Part shown: piece after piece, positions 11,665 through 25,396 of the stretch
Layout: each line of letters begins with the position of its first letter
Numbering within the stretch: the stretch's first letter is position 1
NCBI GenBank assembly: GCA_002269645.1
Contig: NIVC01000302.1
Span: 316,303-380,302, forward strand
Origin: Macrostomum lignano
Lineage: Eukaryota
Length of the DNA: 64,000 nt
Reading direction: 5' to 3'
Position numbers and translations under genes: made by a program
Notes under the pieces: model-generated
Databases searched by the model: none
Seen by the model: only the letters and a program-made list of their open reading frames with translations
Told to the model about the DNA's origin: nothing

Positions 11665-11950
11665 CAGGGGTCGGCCAACTCTTGTTTACCTTAAGAGTCA
11701 TATAAAATGGCTGCAAGCCAGGTAAAATAGAGCCAGAATAAGAGAAGAGGAAACAAAAGGTAAGATGAGATGACATATAAAAGGATAAAGAAGAGGATAG
11801 AAGACAGAGAGGGGAGAGGAGGGGAGATGAGAGGAGAGGAGAGGAGAGACGAGGGGAGATGAGAGAGAAGAGACAAAGCATGAGTGGGCCGGATTGATTT
11901 TGTGAAGCTCCAAAGGACACCCGAGTGCGGGAGAGAGAGGCCGACCCCTG
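11665..11950. mobile_element. hAT-family MITE
   Basis: TIR caggggtcggcc...ggccgacccctg; 8-bp target-site duplication gtttagag/gtttaaag (1 mismatch). Confidence 0.85.
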
Positions 11951-12263
11951 GTTTAAAGAACACAGCGGCATTACTACGAGCGCACGTTTTTCCCGTCAAA
12001 AGGCGACACTTTTTGTCAATTTAGTGTTGAAAATACTTACAGTTTTGCTAGTGTGAGTGTGGCATCCTTTACTTCTATTGTCCATAATAATCAATGAAAT
12101 AAAAGACGAGAACTTTGGCATTTTGCCAGCCACGAGCATTTGCACTACTCAGAAAAAAATTAATATCAGTAGTAAGAAGGAGAAATCGTATGTTAGTTTC
12201 TTTGCATAGAATTTGGCAATTACCTGGTAGTATTTATTTGACTAAATTTGGGGCCTAGGGATG

Positions 12264-15200
12264 CTACAGACCGGGTCGCATCTCGGCTTTGCGCACCACT
12301 AGCTCAGTTTTGTAAGCCGGGAACAGGCCATTCCTGCCTAGCCGCCTGCTCTGGCCAAGACTGTAGCCGTCCCAATGGTTGCCAGCCAGACCTATCACAT
12401 CGCCTGGGCTCAGGTCCAGCTCCGATGAGTCGCGAGATTTGTGCGCAAATCTGGCCGTCACCTCTAGGGGCAACTGGCCACCGAAATAGTACACATCGTC
12501 TAGGGAGTGAAAGCGGTCAGAGGAGTCGTCGCGGCCAACCTTGCAATGTTTTAAGTTGGTTGGATTGGAAATAAACTATTTTTCAAGGCTAGGCGATTGA
12601 TGGCTATGCTGTGACATAGGAAGTGCAGTGCGTACCAGCTTTGAAAACCTTTATTATTGAAACTGGTGTGATCTAGGGCAGGAGTGATTCCTAATTGTTT
12701 GACCGGGTACAGGTGTGACCGGATACAGGTGTGACAGAGGTAAGGTGTGACTGGAGACAGGTGTGACTGGGGATAGGTGTGACTGGGGACAAGTATGACT
12801 GGGGATAGGTGTGACTGGGGACAGGTGTGATCGGGGACAGGTGTGATCGGGGACAGGTGTGATCGGGGACAGGTGTGATCGGGGACAGGTGTGACCGGGT
12901 ACAGGTGTGACCGGATACAGGTGTGACCGGAGACAGGTGTGACCGGGTACAGGTGTGACCGGATACAGGTGTGACCGGATACAGGTGTGACAGGGGAAAG
13001 GTGTGACTGGGGACAGGTGTGGCTGGGGACAAGTGTGACCGAGGATAGGTGTGACTGGGGACAGGTGTGAAAGGGGATAGATGTGACCAGGGATAGGTGT
13101 GACTGACCGAGGATAGGTGTGTGACCGGAGACAGGTGTGACCGAGGATAGGCGTGACCGAGGATAGGTGTGACCGGGGACAGGCGTGACCGGGGACAGGT
13201 GTGGTCGGGAACGCCTGGTAATCTAAAACCTCGAACAAAGCTTACTAGTAGTCCAGTTCCCCTCTAAAACATCGCAGCCTCTCACCTGCATCAGTTCGTA
13301 CGCCAGTCGGCACACCTGAGAAGAGAACGTGCAAACCAGATAATCAGTTTTGCTAAGCAACAACACGTCGCTAATAACGCCGCGCAGTCCGCCGTCGGAG
13401 TATCGGTCTCGAACGCTGGCAGATCTGGAGCTGGACGTGTCAGACAGAAACGTATAGGCCGGGTAACGTCTGGCGGCTTCGTTTAACAAATTGGCATCGT
13501 CTGTGGCCAGAAGGACGCGCATCTTGTCCGGCCGGCCGTGGCGCAGTTCGTACGTCTTGTAGAACTCTTCTACCCAGACCATGTACTCGCTGATGTCGTG
13601 GAACGCCGCTTCGCTGCCGATTTTGTCGGTACGTCTGACCTGAATGAGCGGCGGTAAGTCGAGAGGTCATTCTTGATATCTGATCATTCCGAGGTCATTC
13701 CTGATCTGATCATTCTGAAGTCATTTCATTGGTGATCTGGTTAGTAATTCTGAGGTCATTCCTGATCAGATCATTTTGAGGTCATTCTTGATCTCATCAT
13801 TTTGGAGCCATTTCCCATCTGTTCATCCACAATCAGTTCATAGTTAATCTGACTATTCTGCTCAAACCCAATCTGACCCATTCTGCTCATACCCAATGTG
13901 ACCCGATCTGCTCATACCCAATCTGACCCGATCTGTTCATAGCCAATGTGACCCGATCTGCTCATACCCAATGTGACCCGATCTGCTCAAACCCAATCTG
14001 ACCCGATCTGCTCATACTCAATCTGACTCATTCTGCTCATACTCAATCTGACCCGATCTGCTCATACTCAATCTGACCCGATCTGTTCATACCCAATCTG
14101 ACCCGATCTGCTCATACCCAGTCTGACTCATTCTGCTCATACTCAATCTGACTCATTCTGCTCATACTCAATCTGACCCGATCTGCTCATACTCAATCTG
14201 ACCCGATCTGCTCATACTCAATCTGACCCGATCTGCTCATACTCAATCTGACCCGATCTGCTCATACTCACTCTCACACATTCGTCAAACACCGGCTCAT
14301 TTGAGCAGCAGCTCACCTGAACGCCAACAATAGGCTTGGCAAATCCCAATCGAATCGCATTATCGTCCAGCTGGCGTTGAAACGCGGCGTTAGGCCGCAT
14401 AATATAGTTTAATAAAACGCCGGCAAACCAAACAAACGGATTTCCGTGCAGTCCGGACAGCTCCTCGTACAGATCGGCCGGTATCGCCTGCGGCAAGTAG
14501 GGCGGCTTGTGCGCCATGGCGTCAATGATGGGTACTTCGACTAGCTGAGCGTCCTCGGCTCCTGTGGCTGGAAAGGATGGGATATTTCTGAGAGGCTGTC
14601 GTAGGTGCGGGATTTCTGCGCGTCATCAATACATAATTTGCGTCAAGATCAACAATAGTAATGTGCAGATTAATAATTATATCATACATACATGGCGATT
14701 GGATTACCCGAGTCAATATCCATGAAGAGTGTGAAATACCCAAATGAACACGTGAATAAACAAGTGAACATCTACCTGTGAAGAGTGTGAATAAACAAGT
14801 GAACATCTACCTGTGAAGAGTGTAAATAATCAAGTGAACATCTACTTGTGAAGAGTGTGAATAATCAAGAGAACATCTACCTGTGATTAGTGTGAATAAT
14901 GAAGTGAACATCTACCTGTGAAGAGTGTAAATAATCAAGTGAACATCTACTTGTGAAGAGTGTGAATAATCAAGAGAACGTCTACCTGTGATTAGTGTGA
15001 ATAATGAAGTGAACATCTACCTGTGAAGAGTGTGAATAAACAAGTGAACATCTACTTGTGAAGAGTGTGAATAATGAAGTGAACATCTACTTGTGAAGAG
15101 TGTGAATAATGAAGTGAACATCTACCTGTGAAGAGTGTAAATAATCAAGTGAACATCTACTTGTGAAGAGTGTGAATAATGAAGTGAACATCTACCTGTG

Positions 15201-15861
15201 AAGAGTGTAAATAATCAAGTGAACATCTACTTGTGAAGAGTGTGAATAATCAAGTGAACATCTACTTGTGAAGAGTGTGAATAATCAAGTGAACATCTAC
15301 CTGTGAAGAGTGTGAATAATGAAGTGAACATCTACCTGTGAAGAGTGTAAATAATCAAGTGAACATCTACCTGTGAAGAGTGTGAATAATGAAGTGAACA
15401 TCTACTTGTGAAGAGTGTAAATAATCAAGTGAACATCTACTTGTGAAGAGTGTGAATAATCAAGAGAACGTCTACCTGTGATTAGTGTGAATAATGAAGT
15501 GAACATCTACCTGTGAAGAGTGTGAATAAACAAGTGATTAACTACTTGTGAAGAGTGTGAATAAACAAGTGATTAACTACTTGTGAAGAGTGTGAATAAA
15601 CAAGTGATTATCTACTTGTGAAGAGTGTGAATAAACAAGTGATTATCTACTTGTGAAGAGTGTGAATGATGAAGAACACCTGTGAAGACTGTGACTACTA
15701 AGAATGAGCAGATTAATGATGTCAATATTCGACAAAGCAATAAATGATCATAAAAATATGAATACACTAATGCCGCAGTTATTAGGGAAAATGCTTACTA
15801 GCTCTCTAGAATAAAAAATCACACCCTCCGCCGCAGACCATGACGCACAAACCAAGTGGAG

Positions 15862-15946
<85 letters not shown>

Positions 15947-18900
15947 CTTAGAAGAGCTGCTTCCCATCGTTCGCTTCACAGGATAAGGAAATTGATTTTG
16001 GCACGGCAACGCAAATCAAGTGGAGAAGCCGCCCCGCGGAATTGTGTGTCAGGTCAGCCTCAAGCTTCTCAGTCGTGGGATTTTAAAAGTAATCCCAACT
16101 CGGGAAAATTGATGCATTTGACAGGCGAAATTGTTTCTATTTCTATAAAATATATAACCATGTATTATATAATCTAATTAAAAGGCCTACCGAGATACAG
16201 TTTTGCATAAAATACATTATTTTAAGCCAGCTTTACTACTAAGGCCCAACCCAAGTGGAATGGATAGCATTGAACAATTTCATCTAATTTGTGCTCGTCT
16301 TGCCTTGAATTTTAATCTGCAACAAATTTCGTTAAGCCAAAGTGCACACGTCGAAGAGAGGCATCGAAAAAAACCAGGAGAAGCTGAGAAGGGTCACAGG
16401 GGCATGGAAGAGAGGGGTCAGATAGACATGGAAGAGAGGGGTCAGATAGACATGGAAGAGAGGGGTCAGATAGACATGTAAGGGATGGCTCAGATAGACA
16501 TGTAAGGGATGGCTCAGATAGACATGGAAGGGAGGGGTCAGATAGACATGCAAGAGAGGGGTCAGATAGACATGGAAGAGAGGGGTCAGATAGATATGGA
16601 AGAGAGGGGTCAGATAGACATGGAAGAGAGGGGTCAGATAGACATGGAAGAGAGGGGTCAGATAGACATGGAAGAGAGGGGTCAGATAGACATGGAAGAG
16701 AGGGGTCAGATAGACATGGAAGAGAGGGGTCAGATAGACATGGAAGAGAGGGGTCAGATAGACATGGAAGAGAGGGGTCAGATAGACATGGAAGAGAGAG
16801 AGGGGTCAAATAATCATGAGAGGGGTCCGATAGACATGGAAGAGAGGGGTCAGATAGACATGGAAGAGAGGGGTCATATAATCTTGGAAGAGAGGGGTCA
16901 GACAATCATGAGAGGGGTCAGACAATCATGAGAGGGGTCAGAGAAAGTCAGTACCGATAGCTAAATGAACAGAATCAACCAAAAGCAAGGCACAAAAGGA
17001 AGCAAAAAAGCCCTAGCAACTCACAGCCCCACTGCTTGGCGCCAGCCGAGCCCCGCTCTGTGCAAGTTTTACTCAGCGGCTCAAACACGGAGGTCCATCC
17101 GCCCCTAGAATAGCGCCAATTGACGCTGTCCAACACGAAGGTGCGGCCAGTGGCGTAGGCAAGGGTCATGCAATAAAGCACGTGATGCGCCTGGCAACCA
17201 AAACCGCAGCCTTTATTTAGATTGCAAATTAACTTTTTAGCCGATTGGCACTGCTGAGGATTCTGCAGTTTGACAATCCGATTGACCAGCTCCGTTTGCA
17301 GGCGGGAAAGTCGACGGCGACGCCAATCGGCAGCTCCGCCAGCTTCGGCGAGAGCTTCGCCCTCGACGCCGACTAGTCGAATAATTTCGTTGACAGACTC
17401 GGCCAGGCCCTCTAGACGGCCGTCGATCTCGCTGGCTGACGGTCGCTTCTCCGAGAGCTCCTTGCGCAGCTTGGCCAGCTGGCCGTTGAGCATGAAGCGC
17501 ACCTCCCGGATGCCGTCTTGAACCCGCCGGCGCAGCCGCTCGTGACCCCAGTCGAGCCTGGGCGCAGCCATTGAATCGCCGTTGCGGCTGGCTGTAGCAA
17601 ATTGGCCGCCTATTGATGAAGCCGGCAGCTGAGAACTGAGCGCTGAGTGCCTTAATCTGAGTAGCTCCTCGTACATCGGCCTGAGGGGGGGGGCGTGGTG
17701 AGATAAATTGGGTAACTCCAGGAAGCGATTAACCTGGTTATATTAGAAATTTTGGGGTGAATAGAAAGCGAAAGTGAGAGTTCACACGAAGAGACAGCTA
17801 AATGAGAGGCCGGTGACACAGAGAGACAGGTAGATTAGAGAGGCTGCACTGAGAGAGAGAGAGACAGGTAGATTAGAGAGGCTGCACTGAGAGAGAGAGA
17901 GACAGGTAGATTAGAGAAGCTGTACTGAGAGAGAGAGACAGGTAGATTAGAGAGGCTGCACTGAAGAGATACAGGTAGATTAGAGAGGCTGCACTGAGAG
18001 AGAGATACAGGTAGATTAGAGAGGCTGCACTGAGAGAGAGACAGGTAGATTAGAGAAGCTGTACTGTGAGAGAGAGGCAGGTAGATTAGAGAGGCAGCAC
18101 TGAGAGAGAGACAGGTAGATTAGAGGCAGCACTGAGAGAGAGACAGGTAGATTAGAGAGGCAGCACTGAGAGAGAGACAAGTAGATTAGAGAGGCAGCAC
18201 TGAGAGAGAGACAGGTAGATTAGAGGCAGCACTGAGAGAGAGACAGGTAGATTAGAGAGGCAGCACTGAGAGAGAGACAGGTAGATTAGAGAGGCAGCAC
18301 TGAGAGAGAGACAGGTAGATTAGAGAGGCAGCACTGAGAGAGAGACAGGTAGATTAGAGAGGCAGCACTGAGAGAGAGATACAGGTAGATTAGAGAGGCA
18401 GCACTGAGAGAGAGACAGGTAGATTAGAGAGGCAGCACTGAGAGAGAGACAGGTAGATTAGAGGCAGCACTGAGAGAGAGACAGGTAGATTAGAGAGGCA
18501 GCACTGAGAGAGAGACAGGTAGATTAGAGAGGCAGCACTGAGAGAGAGACAGGTAGATTAGAGAGGCAGCACTGAGAGAGAGACAGGTAGATTAGAGAGG
18601 CAGCACTGAGAGAGAGATACAGGTAGATTAGAGGCAGCACTGAGAGAGAGACAGGTAGATTAGAGAGGCAGCACTGAGAGAGAGACAGGTAGATTAGAGG
18701 CAGCACTGAGAGAGAGACAGGTAGATTAGAGAGGCAGCACTGAGAGAGAGACAGGTAGATTAGAGGCAGCACTGAGAGAGAGACAGGTAGATTAGAGAGG
18801 CAGCACTGAGAGAGAGACAGGTAGATTAGAGGCAGCACTGAGAGAGAGACAGGTAGATTAGAGAGGCAGCACTGAGAGAGAGACAGGTAGATTAGAGGCA

Positions 18901-19916
18901 GCACTGAGAGAGAGACAGGTAGATTAGAGAGGCAGCACTGAGAGAGAGACAGGTAGATTAGAGGCAGCACTGAGAGAGAGACAGGTAGATTAGAGGCAGC
19001 ACTGAGAGAGAGACAGGTAGATTAGAGAGGCAGCACTGAGAGAGAGACAGGTAGATTAGAGGCAGCACTGAGAGAGAGACAGGTAGATTAGAGAGGCAGC
19101 ACTGAGAGAGAGACAGGTAGATTAGAGAGGCAGCACTGAGAGAGAGACAGGTAGATTAGAGAGGCAGCACTGAGAGAGAGATACAGGTAGATTAGAGAGA
19201 AGCTGCACTGAGAGAGAGACAGGTAGATTAGAGAGGCAGCACTGAGAGAGAGACAGGTAGATTAGAGAAGCAGCATTAAGAGAGAGAGGCAGGTAGATTA
19301 GAGAGGCTGCACTGAGAGAGAGAGAGAGAGGCCAGGTAGATTAGAGAGGCTGCACTGAGAGAGAGGCAGGTAGATTAGAGAAGCTGTACTGAGAGAGAGA
19401 GGCCAGGTAGATTAGAGAGGCCGCACGAAAAGAAAAAGGAAAATAAGAGGCCACATGGACAATTAAATTTCAAATATAACAGCTGAAACAGTCCTGAGAA
19501 GAGGGAGATCGCCAGATCGGTGAAATAGATACAAAGAGGTCATGCAGAAGAGATAATGAATAGGCAGTCAAACAGAAAATGCATGTTTAGGAAGCCACCC
19601 AGGCATCCTCATGGTTCAGTTCCCCTTGCTTCGCACAAAAGATACACAGCACTACAGTAGTCAGTTCTGTCTGAAATACTCACTTTAACTGATCCGAAAA
19701 CAAAACAATTTTATCTGACTGCAGCTTCAGATCGTTAATCCTTTCCCGCAAATCTTTCAGGGTCCAAGAGAAGGACTTTTCGTCTTCTGCTGGCGCCTCG
19801 AATCGTTGATTGCTCATGTAGATAAGCGCCAATGACCAGATGGCCAGACAGACAAAGATGAAATGCTTCCCAGTGAACAGCCTGAGTCGCATTGTATTAC
19901 AGCTGCAACTCATCAT
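12264..19916 (-). CDS. FUT8: Alpha-(1,6)-fucosyltransferase (core fucosyltransferase), ~589 aa
   Basis: Exons 19916-19684, 17680-17025, 14567-14317, 13639-13286, 12539-12264; all GT-AG and phase-consistent. N-terminal TM anchor, [31 protein letters not shown]|[51 protein letters not shown] and a C-terminal SH3-like region. Confidence 0.95.
12690..13210. repeat. Minisatellite, 16-bp unit (gtgtgaccggggacag), in FUT8 intron 4
   Basis: Tandem repetition; spurious 16-aa periodic ORFs. Confidence 0.95.
13862..14270. repeat. Minisatellite, 25-bp unit (atctgacccgatctgctcatactca), in FUT8 intron 3
   Basis: About 16 tandem copies, preceded by a degenerate gaggtcattc repeat at ~13665-13800. Confidence 0.95.
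14750..15680. repeat. Minisatellite, 35-bp unit (caagtgaacatctacctgtgaagagtgtgaataat), in FUT8 intron 2
   Basis: About 26 tandem copies. Confidence 0.97.
15863..15945. repeat. (GA)n microsatellite
   Basis: Interrupted GA dinucleotide run. Confidence 0.95.
16404..16935. repeat. Minisatellite, 24-bp unit (gaagagaggggtcagatagacatg), in FUT8 intron 2
   Basis: About 21 copies; source of the spurious EERGQIDM ORFs. Confidence 0.97.
17818..19425. repeat. Minisatellite, 32-36 bp unit (gagagagacaggtagattagagaggcagcact), in FUT8 intron 1
   Basis: About 47 tandem copies. Confidence 0.97.
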
Positions 19917-20078
19917 AATTTGATTGTTAAGTAGGACTAAACTACTAAGAGAGTTTTGCGATATAGAGAGTAATAGAAGACTATTTTTCACTTCAAGTCC
20001 TTTTCCAAACAATATGTCTATATGGCCAGAAGTCTCATTCTCTATGTAAAGAGAAAGTCTTTCACATTAATAACTACA

Positions 20079-21114
20079 CACCACTTTACCTCCTATTTTG
20101 AACAAAGTCTTGTTCAAAAGAAACAAGCAGAACTTCAATTTACAGACTGCCTGTGGCCAAAATTGTCCCCGAGTGACGCGCATGCGCAGATTTGAAATTC
20201 AAAAGAAACAATGATATTACATTCTATTTAGACAGAGATTTTTGCACATAGATCCGAGTACATTTTCAGTACATTAATCTAACTTTTTGTTTTTCCTGTA
20301 CTGCAAAACTGCAAAATCGTTGCGCAAAAAGAAACGATATGAATGCTGAAGATCAGATTGAAGAAGACGATGAATTGCTGTAAGAAGATGGAATCGATGA
20401 ATTTGAAGCAGAATTCGATGAAGATATCATGAAACAGCAGCCTCGGCAGTGCGCTATTGTTTAAGCAACAGTGACGAGACCGTATTATCAGCGCTGCTGA
20501 TCATGGAGATGACTTGTGGAACTGGCGCGCCAACTTGGAGTCAAGAGGTCAAACAGCGAACACGATTGTGAGGTCAGGGAGAGCGGAAAAGCAGCCTACG
20601 AGATTCTGGACACCATTCAGGTCAAGCGGCTTCCACCATACAGTCCATTTTTTGAGTCCCGTGAAGAACTTAATCTCCTGTTGGAAGGCCACTCTAAAGA
20701 GAGAACTGGCAGCAGACCAGCAAAATTTCATTGCTCCAATAGCTGAGCAGCATGGGAATCAGTCAATGGCGGCCTATTGGTGAGACATTCTGTACAACAT
20801 GGTGGACAGAACTGTTGGCTGCATCTCTGTGGACAAGTGCACCAAGTGGTTCAACCATGTGTTTACATACATCCCTCACTGTCTTGGTGGACAGGCAATT
20901 GATGGCTAGGTGTCTCAAGTTGGCCAACTGAAATTGCCTTGTTCCTGTTTTATTTTCATTTTACTCTTATGTTTGTCAATATGTTGTGTTTTATCCCTTT
21001 GTTGAAATAGAATGTAACAAATTGTTTTTTGGAATTTCAAATCTGCATATGCATGTCACTTGGGGACAATTTTGGCCACAGACAGTCTGAATAAAAATAG
21101 AAGGTAAAATGGTG
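20079..21114 (+). mobile_element. Internally deleted Tc1/IS630-like DNA transposon
   Basis: Inverted termini (caccactttacctcctatttt...cagactgcctgtggccaaaattgtcccc at 20079-20230 versus the reverse complement at ~21020-21114), TA on the right; internal degenerate coding KRLPPYSPFFESREE resembles the LPPYSPDLNPIE motif of DDE transposases. Confidence 0.7.
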
Positions 21115-23141
21115 TACTCAATTGATATAGTGGTGACAAATTAGTCATATTGAATTGTCTAGAATCCAAATAGAGCTAGTCTCTACTCTATCTTCTTACC
21201 TATTGTTATTACTATCAACTGATTGCTCTGTCTAGCTAATTATCTCATTTGGTCATTAGTAAAGAAGCATCTTTTCCAATAGGTATCATAAATATGATGA
21301 CCCAATAGTAAAGCATTACCTTTGATATCTTCTACCTAGGACCCTATATTGCATTTCTTATAAGTAGACATATATGATAGGATAATGAAAATAATAAAAT
21401 CTAGTTTTGTATCCTAAACTAGAAAAAATTTTATCTTTAAAGATAAAAGTAAAAACTTATCTATGACCAACCAACTGCTAATATAACGTATTAAAGGATT
21501 AAGGCAGTTATATTTAAAATGCATTCTTAGTCAATAATTTTGTTTGAAATTTACAAAAGTTTAATACTCTTAACACTAAACAACTTTTTAGCCATAATAT
21601 ATATGTATTCATTGAAAAAAAAATTATTTAATAATGCAAGTTTGATGAAAATTGGTTGAGCCATTTGTATTAGTTAACGTGTTTAAATTTTTTTCCTATA
21701 GACCCTTAGTTAGACTTTTATGATTGCCTTTTCCTACTCTTCCCAATTCTTCAATAAGCATATATATATAAAGACCTACTAGACCCTTCCCCTTGATGTC
21801 TAAGAATCTTATCATTATATTATAGATACTATCATCATCATTATACTTTTAGTTTTATATAACATATATTGAGTTTATATTGAGTTTATGTTATATAAAT
21901 AAGTTTAACCAAAAGGTTTTTTAAAAAGCATCCAATATTCCAATATAGAGTTTTTATTACTATTAAAGTGATATAGATTACTATATTTATAACTATAACC
22001 AATGAAATTCTATGCATTATAAATCTATACCTCTGTATACATATTTAGCATAGTAATCCATGGCACAGACACAGTCTCTAACAAATTGAATTGGCTTATA
22101 TAAAGGCCACTTTCTTAAGTAAAAGAATAGCAAAATACATTTTGTCTTCATTTTGTCTTAATATAATATCATAAGTGTCTAATGTAATAATAATATAATA
22201 AATAAATATATCGAGGTAATACAGATAGCCCTAGAGTCTAGACAGATAGGAAATATATTTAATATGCATACTACTACTACTACTATATCAATAAAGGCAA
22301 AGCCTTAAACCTTAAACCTTGAAGGTATAAAATTAAGAGGTAGAATTGGATCTTAATCAAACTGATACTAAAACTCTAAATATCTTTTCTAAAATATAAC
22401 GATTCTAGAAAAATTATAATCCTAATCCTATAGTCAGGTCAAGACAATTACTATTTTTAGAGAATTTTCCCATGCAAAAATGGATTTTCGACTCAAAATT
22501 TCTTGCACAGATGCTGCGGAGAGCAGGATATCAGGATGCCGGGCATACACATTGCAGGCGTAGCTAGCAAGGTAGATAGGCTTGGGACTTGTTCTTAAGG
22601 GCAAAAGCTGAGACAAAGTTCTCTATAATTAGGCATGGAAAGATATTAAATTTTGCAGGAACATACAAGTTAAAAACGCGTGCCACGCACGAATTTTTTT
22701 ACAGGTGTTTAACAACAAAAATCAGCATGAGTTTAGAAAAATAAATACACAAAAATGTGTATTTTAGCAATATAATCTATTTTATAGCAAAATCTTTTAT
22801 TTAAAAAAGTTACTTTGTTATAATGATTATTGTGGAACATGCCAATATATTTAACTTCATAAAATGCCTTGCATTTAAAAAATCTTGCTTCTGAATTTAC
22901 CTTCGACATTTAATTGTATTGTTTTTTGTATTTACATCAGGTATCGGCTTAAATTTTTGCGATTTACAAGTTTGATTTACGATTAATTCCGTTCCTCAGT
23001 GTCTCTGATCTGAGACTTCCATTACCTTTAAGAGTTGTCTCCTTACATTGCAGAGTTATAAGTCAAGTCAAATTTAGATAGAAGAAAACGTGGATTGTAA
23101 TACAAAAAAATTGTTTCGTCGACTTCTATAACTGTATTAAA

Positions 23142-24088
23142 ATGGTAGGAGCATTACGTATAAGCAACTGTTAACTGGTGGCACAAAGAACATGTGTAGC
23201 CATTTGAAAATCTTATTGTCTTCATTTTCAGATGCACTATATGCTTCTATTCAGTCGACAAGGGAAATTGCGTCTCCAAAAATGGTATACATCTCACTCG
23301 GAGAAAGCTAAAAAGAAGATAATTCGCGATGTGATGACCATGGTGCTTGCGCGGAAGCCCAAGATGTGCGCCTTTATTGAGTGGAAAGATTTAAAGATTG
23401 TGTATAAAAGGTGAGGCAGAAAAGAGATGATTTTTGTATATTTTTCATCTTCACGGCAAAATTTAATTAATTTCAGATATGCCAGTTTGTACTTTTGCTG
23501 CGGCATCGAGCAGCAGGACAACGAGCTTCTCTGCTTGGAAATTATTCATCGCTATGTTGAACTGTTGGACAAATACTTTGGCAGTGTAAGCGTGAAACGT
23601 TTGCATTTTTACATCCTTTTTAATTGATATATTTTATATAAATTCTTATAATATAAGTTCCATAGCAACATGCAATAAATTATGCGCAGGTGTGCGAGCT
23701 GGACATCATATTTAATTTCGAGCGGGCCTACTTCATGCTAGACGAATTCATGCTGGCTGGCGAGGTTCAGGAGACCAGCAAGAAGAATGTGCTGAAAGCA
23801 ATTGCTGCGCAAGATCTCCTGCAAGAAGTACGTGTTTGAAATAAGAATTTAAAATCAGATTATCAAAAGTATACGTGCCAGCTGGGACTCTTCCTATGCA
23901 CGAGAAGCCAGTTTGTTATAATGGATTGTCAACTGTCTTTCACAATTGCTTGAGAAAGTTTTAAACTACTGGCGTATATTATTCAGCTAAAAGAACTCTT
24001 AGAATTTCCGAATTAAAATTTTCAGGAATGCGACGAGCCGAAATCGCTGCTAGAGGAACTGGGAGTCATCAGCACCGGCCTTGAATGA
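23142..24088 (+). CDS. AP1S: AP-1 adaptor complex subunit sigma, ~163 aa
   Basis: Exons 23142-23144 (ATG|gtagga, putative), 23232-23410, 23477-23585, 23690-23827, 24026-24088; [70 protein letters not shown]. Confidence 0.95.
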
Positions 24089-24669
24089 TCAAATTATTTC
24101 ACAATGATACTTTGATTGACAGCTGCACCGACACAATTATATCCATGACTAATGCTCTTGCAGTTGCATTACCCATTTTTTATCATTAGTAGCCTTTTTT
24201 ACAATTCCTTTTTAAGTCTTCCCTCTTATTCATTGTTTTTTCCCTCGCGTGTTTGCTAAATTTCAGTTTACGAGTAAGCGATTATGCCACTTTATGTGGC
24301 CATGCACCACATTCCCGCAGTTTATGCGCAATACTACGCAATACTCGTATTTTGTGAAATTGTAATCTTCCTCACACAAGTTTTGCCTTAACACCTAGCC
24401 TCCTTTAAGAGTTTTTATAGTATATTTAGATTGAGTAGTTACCAGCTATTATAAGTTTTCTAATTGCCTAAAAATGATGCTCACCATAAAGTCACAACAA
24501 TACACTCGAGTCCGTCGCCTTGATTGCCTTAATATGTTCCGTTTCAATACGAACTATTAGCCCTTAATGAACTAAAAATTAATGATAAAAATCGCATTTA
24601 GGATTTTGTCCAACAGCTTGTCAAATATTGTGCTTAGTCAAAAATACAACTTTTCATTCAAAATTCATG

Positions 24670-24782
<113 letters not shown>

Positions 24783-25396
24783 CATCCGGTGTTCTTCACC
24801 TGTTAATTAGCTCCTTGTAGCGCCTTCTTGGGAGTTTTCCGGGCTCTGATGGCGCACACATTTGAGCTACTGCTCCGAGAGGCGCCTTGCCTGTACGCGA
24901 GTCCTCATCAAAACCGTTCGTTTGACAGCGCAATGACAGACCCGGAGTTCCTGCAGACGCTGAGAGACAACTGCAGTCAGACCAAGCCTGATCTGTAACT
25001 GTCTGCTTCAGCGCCTCCCGAATCACCAAAGAACCGCTGAAGTTTGCAAACCTGCCTGCGAGCCCGCCGTTCGCAACCATTTACTTGATGAGCTGCAAAT
25101 CCAATGTTGATTCCGCCTTCATATTTTGGTTTATTTAACTGACCAAAGCTCTCCCTATCGACCATTTGATAGTTCGATTTTGTAAACACCTGCAAAGGTT
25201 TTTAAAACTGCATGCGCATAAAATGCTTAAAATCAGCCAGTCTCACTGCCTTAGCTACTTGTAGCAGTATGCTGAGCGCGTCGCCAGCTTTCTAATCGGT
25301 ACACAAGCAGCCTCTCCTGCACCGTCCCGTGCTTAGCTTTGCTCCCGCTGCAGCACAGTGTTGCTATTCAATTAGCATGTTTTCAATAGAAGCATC

